Below, piece after piece: positions 32,780 through 38,088 of a stretch of DNA of 38,088 nucleotides. Each line of letters begins with the position of its first letter. Position 1 is the first letter of the stretch. The notes under the pieces are model-generated. The model did not search any database, had not been told where the DNA came from, and worked only from the letters and a program-made list of their open reading frames with translations. Position numbers and translations under genes: made by a program. The DNA is from a virus, in UHGV virus genome UHGV-0049967. One strand, given 5' to 3'.

Positions 32780-32806
32780 GCCCTCCAGTGTGAGGGCCTT
32801 TTTATA
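32780..32806 (+). terminator. Second intrinsic terminator in the early-left leader
   Basis: GCCCTC-CAGTGT-GAGGGC hairpin followed by CTTTTTAT. Confidence 0.6.
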
Positions 32807-32869
32807 TGCATACCAATAACGCTTCACCCGAGGCGTTTTCGTTATGCAATCAAACAGAAGGAGCATCCT

Positions 32870-33040
32870 ATGCAACAGTTCGCTATTGCAGGGGCGGCAT
32901 CGGTTCGCCCTTTCAACCCGATTTTATCGGTACAGCATTCACGAAAAAATATTTTAACCGGAGCAGACTTTAAACAACCAAGAATGAAAAGTTTGCTCGA
33001 AAAACTTTGGGATATTTTGAAACAACAAGGCCGTCCATGA
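32870..33040 (+). CDS. Small hypothetical protein (56 aa)
   Basis: AAGGAG SD 6 nt before ATG; the longer upstream ORF-track extension is considered unlikely. Confidence 0.45.
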   Translation: MQQFAIAGAASVRPFNPILSVQHSRKNILTGADFKQPRMKSLLEKLWDILKQQGRP

Positions 33041-33121
33041 GTTTTACAGATAACTGGTCAGACGAAGAATTCATTCGTCAGATGAACAAAATGCTCAATC
33101 AGCACAAAAAACAGGAGAAAG

Positions 33122-33433
33122 ATGATGATTCTGACTCTGAATGATAAGCGTGAAATATCGCAAATCATCGCAAGTTTTACTGATGAAGATTACGAACGAA
33201 TCAACAGTGAAGTTGATCGCCTCTGCAAACGTTGCGACCCAATAAGCGAAATGCTTCGCTCATATAAACCAGATGAACACACTAAGGACGCTATCGACTG
33301 GCTGGAAGATGATGACTGTGACTATCAGGAAAAAGCCGCTGAATGGTTCTGGGATGCAATAACCGAAAGAGTTAAGGCTGAATATGCCTTCTCAATATTC
33401 AAACGCAGACACATTTTTGGAGAAGCTGCATGA
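33122..33433 (+). CDS. Acidic hypothetical protein (103 aa) translationally coupled to recT
   Basis: ATGA overlap with the recT start; Asp/Glu-rich (WLEDDDCDYQEKAAEWFWD). Confidence 0.55.
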   Translation: MMILTLNDKREISQIIASFTDEDYERINSEVDRLCKRCDPISEMLRSYKPDEHTKDAIDWLEDDDCDYQEKAAEWFWDAITERVKAEYAFSIFKRRHIFGEAA

Positions 33434-34341
33434 GCAATATCGTTGAATTCGTTAAACAGCAGGAGCAGTTATTCTGCGGAGCATTGACTGAACAGACGGT
33501 GACATGGGCTAAGGAAAGCCAGTTTGCAATTCAGTATTTCCAGAAAAATGATTACCTGGCTAAAACGGCACTGGCAAATCCAACCAGCGCACAGAACGCC
33601 ATCATCAATGTTGCGGCGATCGGCATCACCTTAAACCCGGCTAGCAAACTGGCTTATCTGGTTCCGCGCGACGGCATGGTGTGCCTTGATATCAGTTATA
33701 TGGGATTGCTCCATATTGCAATGGAGTCTGGTGTTATCTCATGGGGTCAGGCAAAACTTGTTCATGCTAACGATACCTATGAGTCAAACGGGCTTGATAA
33801 AGCACCAACCCATAAATACAACGCCTTCGGTGATCGTGGTGATATCGTTGGCGTTTACTGCACAGTTAAGACGCCAGCAGGTGATTATCTAACGGAAGAG
33901 ATGAGTCTGGCTGAAATTGAGGCTGTAAGGAAAACAAGCAAGGCGGCATTCAGCGATAAAGGACCATGGGTAAATCACTGGAATGAGATGGCGCGAAAGA
34001 CGGTCGTAAAGCGTGCAAGCAAGTATTGGCCTAAGGCATCACGTCTTGATAGTGCTATTCACGTACTAAACGAAGAAGAAGGTGTGTGGACTGAACCAGT
34101 TATGCCGCACAAATCAGAGGAAGATATCCGCGAAGATGAACGGAAACGCCAGCAGGAAATAATGGATAAAGTACAACTTCTTTGCGATGAAATGGCTCAG
34201 GCAGAAAACATGGATGATTTGAAGCGATATTTTGCAGAAGCATATCGCCTGACATCTGGAATGAAATTGCAGCAGAACGTACAAGCCATTTACATAGAAT
34301 GCAAAGCGAAACTGGAGGTTGCCAGTGAGCAAACTGTATGA
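33430..34341 (+). CDS. recT: RecT-family single-strand annealing protein
   Basis: ...GPWVNHWNEMARKTVVKRASKYWP... corresponds to the conserved RecT motif (GPWVTHWEEMAKKT in E. coli RecT). Confidence 0.85.
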   Translation: MSNIVEFVKQQEQLFCGALTEQTVTWAKESQFAIQYFQKNDYLAKTALANPTSAQNAIINVAAIGITLNPASKLAYLVPRDGMVCLDISYMGLLHIAMESGVISWGQAKLVHANDTYESNGLDKAPTHKYNAFGDRGDIVGVYCTVKTPAGDYLTEEMSLAEIEAVRKTSKAAFSDKGPWVNHWNEMARKTVVKRASKYWPKASRLDSAIHVLNEEEGVWTEPVMPHKSEEDIREDERKRQQEIMDKVQLLCDEMAQAENMDDLKRYFAEAYRLTSGMKLQQNVQAIYIECKAKLEVASEQTV

Positions 34342-34807
34342 AATAGCCAATGAATACGCAAAGCTGATGGATTCAGATTTAGAGCCAGAGATGATTGCTG
34401 ACACAATAGAAGGCATGGAAGGAGAATTTACCGATAAAATAGAGCAACTTCTTTCCGTCATTAAAAATGAATCTGGTTATGCCGAACGCCTCAAGGAAGA
34501 GGCAAAGTCACTGAATGAGCGAGCCGCAGTAATTCAAAATAAGATTGAGAGCATCAAATCATATATAGCGTCATCGCTTGAAATGGTTGGCAAGAAAAAT
34601 ATTCGAGCAGGCATTCACCAGGTAACAATCCGCAAACCGTCAGAAATTGTAGAAATCATCGACTCAAGCGCCCTTCCTCCTGAATACGTTGAGTTCGAAA
34701 CGACAATTAAAGCCGACAAACTGGCAATCAAACACCAACTAAAAGCAGGAATAAATATCCCCGGCGCTCAACTCAAAGTTGGGAAACCTTCACTTCTTAT
34801 CAAATAA
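34325..34807 (+). CDS. Siphovirus Gp157-like protein
   Basis: About 160 aa coiled-coil-rich protein immediately downstream of recT, the usual context of the Gp157 family; start (GTG at 34325, GGAGG SD) is uncertain, with TTG 34319 and ATG 34367 as alternatives. Confidence 0.5.
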   Translation: MSKLYEIANEYAKLMDSDLEPEMIADTIEGMEGEFTDKIEQLLSVIKNESGYAERLKEEAKSLNERAAVIQNKIESIKSYIASSLEMVGKKNIRAGIHQVTIRKPSEIVEIIDSSALPPEYVEFETTIKADKLAIKHQLKAGINIPGAQLKVGKPSLLIK

Positions 34808-34818
34808 CGGTATCGACT

Positions 34819-35133
34819 ATGAAAAAGACTCCATGGGAGAAATGGGAAGTCGATTTCTTGCGCGAAGTGGCGGCGACAATGCCAGTTGAAGTTATCGCTG
34901 AAAAACTGGAAAGGACTGAAAAAGCAGTAATGGCGAAAGCAACAAGGATTGGAGCTGACATTGTTAGCCGACTTCGTGGAAGACGCTGGACAAGAGCCGA
35001 AGTATCACTTTTCGGTAAGTTCTCCGCAGAAGAAATAGCAATTGCAACCTGCCGCTCAATTTATTCAGTAAGAGCTATGCGATACAAGCTAAAAAAACTC
35101 GATGAAGAAAGAGCAGGCATACGAATAAATTAA
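34819..35133 (+). CDS. Hypothetical protein (104 aa)
   Basis: ORF in the early-left operon context. Confidence 0.5.
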   Translation: MKKTPWEKWEVDFLREVAATMPVEVIAEKLERTEKAVMAKATRIGADIVSRLRGRRWTRAEVSLFGKFSAEEIAIATCRSIYSVRAMRYKLKKLDEERAGIRIN

Positions 35134-35149
35134 CATGGAGTAATTAACA

Positions 35150-35431
35150 ATGAAGCTGAACATCGACCTCGGAAAATACGTTATTACTGGAACAAAACAC
35201 GACCTGATTCTTAATGAAAGAGGAATTATCAAAGAAGGCGAGAATGCAGGGAAAGAAACACTAAGCCGTATCGGTTATTACAGCAAGTTTGAGCATCTGG
35301 TTAAAGAGTTATGCAACCGTGAAATTCTGTTATCTCAGGCGCAGACGCTACAGGATATTCAGCAGCATATCGAAACTTTAGGTGTGTCACTTAGCATGGC
35401 TATTGACCAGTTCGTTGAGAGTAAATCATGA
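35150..35431 (+). CDS. Hypothetical protein (93 aa)
   Basis: ORF in the early-left operon context. Confidence 0.5.
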   Translation: MKLNIDLGKYVITGTKHDLILNERGIIKEGENAGKETLSRIGYYSKFEHLVKELCNREILLSQAQTLQDIQQHIETLGVSLSMAIDQFVESKS

Positions 35432-35588
35432 GAGGACTTGCATACAATCCCGGCATCCTTCCGGCAGAAATGATTATTCGCCAACGCGTAAAGCCAATGC
35501 CATCGAGAGAGGAATTGCTTAAGAGAAATTCTTTTCCATCAGTGAATCAAAACAAATATCTGAATGCGATGTGGCGGAGTGGGAAAAA

Positions 35589-36269
35589 ATGAAACAAATG
35601 ACACTAATTGAGATGGATGGATTTCTGAAAGGTAAATGCATCCCAGGCGATTTAAAGGTTAACGAAACAAACGCTGAATATCTGGTTCGTAAGTTCGGTG
35701 AACTTGAATCAAAACTAGAAACGGCGTTGCGCGAGTGTCGTTCCGCTGGAATCACGATTGATAACCTGGAAGCCAAGTGCGCGGCGCTGACTGCTGAGAA
35801 TGGTCGCTACTCCATGTCAGCAGGACAGGCAGACCAAAGAATGGCTGAATCTCGGGCGGTGCGTTCAGCGCTTGGCTTCCAGGAAGACGCAGATGATGTC
35901 TCGCCATCAGACTTGGTGGAAAAGATTCAATCACTAATCACTGAACAAGAGATTCTGCGCAGCGCACATCCGCAGCCACTTGGCCCAATTATGGACTTGG
36001 CGATAGATGCTTTTAATTCTGCTGAAATGCCGGAAACAGGGATGCTCAATGCTTTCTTCATCCTGCGTGACAGCATTATTGTCAAAACCCCAGTCACCGA
36101 TGCTTTTCTGGCTGAAGTGCGGGCGCAGGGGGTAGATATGGCTCGTAACGCGATGATTGATTTTGTTGATGGTGAAGTGGGGCCAAACAAGAACGTTCCG
36201 GGGCTGATTAGAGGCGCAGAGATATGCGTAAGTATTGCTGAACAGCTTCGCAAAGGAGGCGACCAGTGA
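35589..36269 (+). CDS. Hypothetical protein (226 aa)
   Basis: ATGA-coupled to the upstream micro-ORF and overlapping the downstream ead-like gene start. Confidence 0.55.
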   Translation: MKQMTLIEMDGFLKGKCIPGDLKVNETNAEYLVRKFGELESKLETALRECRSAGITIDNLEAKCAALTAENGRYSMSAGQADQRMAESRAVRSALGFQEDADDVSPSDLVEKIQSLITEQEILRSAHPQPLGPIMDLAIDAFNSAEMPETGMLNAFFILRDSIIVKTPVTDAFLAEVRAQGVDMARNAMIDFVDGEVGPNKNVPGLIRGAEICVSIAEQLRKGGDQ

Positions 36270-36934
36270 GCAAGATTGACTATCAGGCACTGCGTGAGGC
36301 GGCGCAACTGGCAACACAAGGCGAATGGGTTGCATTTATTTCGACGGGTACTGGTACGTATGCGGTGCATACGCCCGGTGATAAACGATGTGAAGACGTT
36401 ATCAAATGGACCGGCTTTGATGGACAGAAAAACGCAGAGAACAACGCTCGTTATATCGCAGCTTTCAACCCAGAAGTAGTGCAGGCACTACTGGATGAAC
36501 GGGAAAGAAACCAGCAATACATCAAAAGCCGTGATCAGGAGAACGAGGATATTGCGCTAACGGTAGGGAAGCTGAGAGTTGAGCTTGAAGAGACAAAATC
36601 AAAACTCAACGAGCAGCGTGAATATTACGAGGGAGTAATCGCGGATGGAAGTAAGCGCATAGCAGAACTGGAAGCGCGGGAAATAAAACCAGCCAAAGGT
36701 GAAGTTCTGGTCGTTGTATCTGGTTTTACTGGTTGCGGAAAAAGCGCCATTGCCGGGGAAATAGAAATCGCGATGAAGGCTATTGGTGTACCGGTTAAGT
36801 GGACTAATGGCGATGCGGAAAAGCGCATGACAGGAGCTGACTGGCTGACAGCGATTGAGATGTACAAACCAACAGTGCGCATCGTGGAAGTTAATGTGCC
36901 ACGCGCCGCTGGCATTCGCATCAAAGGAGAGTGA
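36266..36934 (+). CDS. ead/Ea22-like protein
   Basis: N-terminus [22 protein letters not shown]... is the typical start of ead/Ea22-like prophage proteins; central coiled coil. Confidence 0.7.
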   Translation: MSKIDYQALREAAQLATQGEWVAFISTGTGTYAVHTPGDKRCEDVIKWTGFDGQKNAENNARYIAAFNPEVVQALLDERERNQQYIKSRDQENEDIALTVGKLRVELEETKSKLNEQREYYEGVIADGSKRIAELEAREIKPAKGEVLVVVSGFTGCGKSAIAGEIEIAMKAIGVPVKWTNGDAEKRMTGADWLTAIEMYKPTVRIVEVNVPRAAGIRIKGE

Positions 36935-36935
36935 G

Positions 36936-37127
36936 ATGACCGGACAAATATCAATTGTTCGACCGGGAGCATGTGACGATTGCGAGATACGAATGATTAT
37001 TCGTCTGGCGAGGGGGAAAACAATAACTGCTCTCATTACTCCAGAAAATCTCGCATTGGCATTAACCGGAAAGTCAGACCTGCCAGTAGAGCTAAAGCTG
37101 CGAAATGTTGAGATTAAGGTGAAATAG
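36936..37127 (+). CDS. Small hypothetical protein (63 aa)
   Basis: ATG 1 nt after the upstream stop; contains CDDC. Confidence 0.45.
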   Translation: MTGQISIVRPGACDDCEIRMIIRLARGKTITALITPENLALALTGKSDLPVELKLRNVEIKVK

Positions 37128-37129
37128 CT

Positions 37130-37762
37130 ATGACCACTATTACCAAAGAGCGACTGCTGACAATCAAACAGTGGCGCGAAACATACGGACCTGGTAGCAA
37201 CGTTGTACTGCCAGCAGAAGAAGCGGAAGAACTGGCACGAATTGCACTGGCATCACTGGAACGCGAACAGATTCGCCACGAGCATGCCAAATGGTCTGAC
37301 TCCACATTTGGCTGCGTTGGCCCCATTGGTCCGCTGAAACATCTCTCAAAAGAGGCTCTGGAAGCCGCAGCCGAACCTGACGATCTCAGCGAGTGGGCTG
37401 ATATGCAGTTCCTGTTGTGGGATGCACAGCGCCGTGCTGGTATCAGTGATGCTGAAATTACCGCTGCTATGGAAGATAAATTGAAGATCAACATGGAACG
37501 CCAGTGGCCTGAACCAAAAGATGGTGAGCCTCGCTTGCACATTAAAGAACCCGGCAACTCTCCGGTAACTCCGGATGGTTGGATAAGCTGTAGTGAGCGA
37601 ATGCCAAGCGAAGAAGATGTTTTGGTTTATTGCTCAGACACAAAAGAGCAGATGGTAGGGTTTCACAAAGGTAAAGGGTTATTTCAATTCTTTTACATGA
37701 ATGGTGTTGAGGGGGTATGTGAGCCGTCACACTGGATGCCGCTACCAGAGCCTCCACTTTGA
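37130..37762 (+). CDS. DUF550 (MazG-like nucleotide pyrophosphohydrolase-like) plus DUF551 domain protein
   Basis: Two-part architecture with C-terminal ...VLVYCSD...HWMPLPEPP typical of DUF551 prophage proteins. Confidence 0.6.
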   Translation: MTTITKERLLTIKQWRETYGPGSNVVLPAEEAEELARIALASLEREQIRHEHAKWSDSTFGCVGPIGPLKHLSKEALEAAAEPDDLSEWADMQFLLWDAQRRAGISDAEITAAMEDKLKINMERQWPEPKDGEPRLHIKEPGNSPVTPDGWISCSERMPSEEDVLVYCSDTKEQMVGFHKGKGLFQFFYMNGVEGVCEPSHWMPLPEPPL

Positions 37763-37858
37763 AAGCGAAGCTTATACATATCTTTTACATCAGCAATCTA
37801 TTGTTAATCTCCAATCAATGTTACGTTGTCATCTCACTCATGCTTTGGAGGTAGTGAT

Positions 37859-38038
37859 ATGTCTTGTCCAAAATGCGGTTCTGGAAATATTGCAAAAGAA
37901 AAAACAATGCGTGGATGGTCTGGTGATTATGTGTGCTGCGATTGCGGATACAACGACTCTAAAGACGCATTTGGAGAGCGTGGTAAAAACGAGTTTGTTA
38001 AAATTAATAAAGAACGCGAAGGCAACGAAAAAAGCTAA
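37859..38038 (+). CDS. Small zinc-ribbon protein (59 aa)
   Basis: GGAGG SD; CPKCGS...CCDCGY two CxxC pairs. Confidence 0.5.
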   Translation: MSCPKCGSGNIAKEKTMRGWSGDYVCCDCGYNDSKDAFGERGKNEFVKINKEREGNEKS

Positions 38039-38088
38039 TTTATTTATTCATATATTAAAACAATGTAACCAATATTCGAATTGAAGAA

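Overview
The window reads as a near-complete, mosaic P22-like (lambdoid) temperate phage genome of an enterobacterial host, and almost every ORF can be placed in a recognisable module. From left to right: a P4-family tyrosine integrase (+), a short non-coding stretch that is the likely attP, then on the minus strand a tailspike, a reduced immI region (mnt only), a low-GC accessory cassette, and the full P22-type morphogenesis block (ejection proteins gp16/gp20/gp7, gp14, tail needle gp26, gp10, gp4, coat, scaffold, portal, TerL, TerS with a P22-type pac site). Continuing on the minus strand are a lambda-type lysis cassette (S, R, Rz/Rz1), lambda Q with pR'/tR', a nin region (ninH, rusA, ybcO-like, ninF, ninE, ninB), a primase-helicase, and an O-like initiator with internal ori iterons, cII and cro. 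The immunity region is phage 434 type (three exact 434 OR operators, 434 cI and cro). The plus-strand early-left operon carries lambda N with nutL, small early proteins, recT, a Gp157-like protein, an ead/Ea22-like protein and a DUF550/DUF551 protein. No rRNA, tRNA, CRISPR array or IS element was found. The best candidates for undescribed biology are three accessory loci: (1) a low-GC three-gene cassette at the P22 sieA/immI position (small basic protein, 121-aa HExxH zincin-like protein, N-terminally anchored membrane protein); (2) a signal-peptide protein translationally coupled to cI at the rexAB position; (3) strongly acidic immediate-early proteins just downstream of N. All identifications rest on reading the six-frame translations and remembered family signatures, not on database searches.
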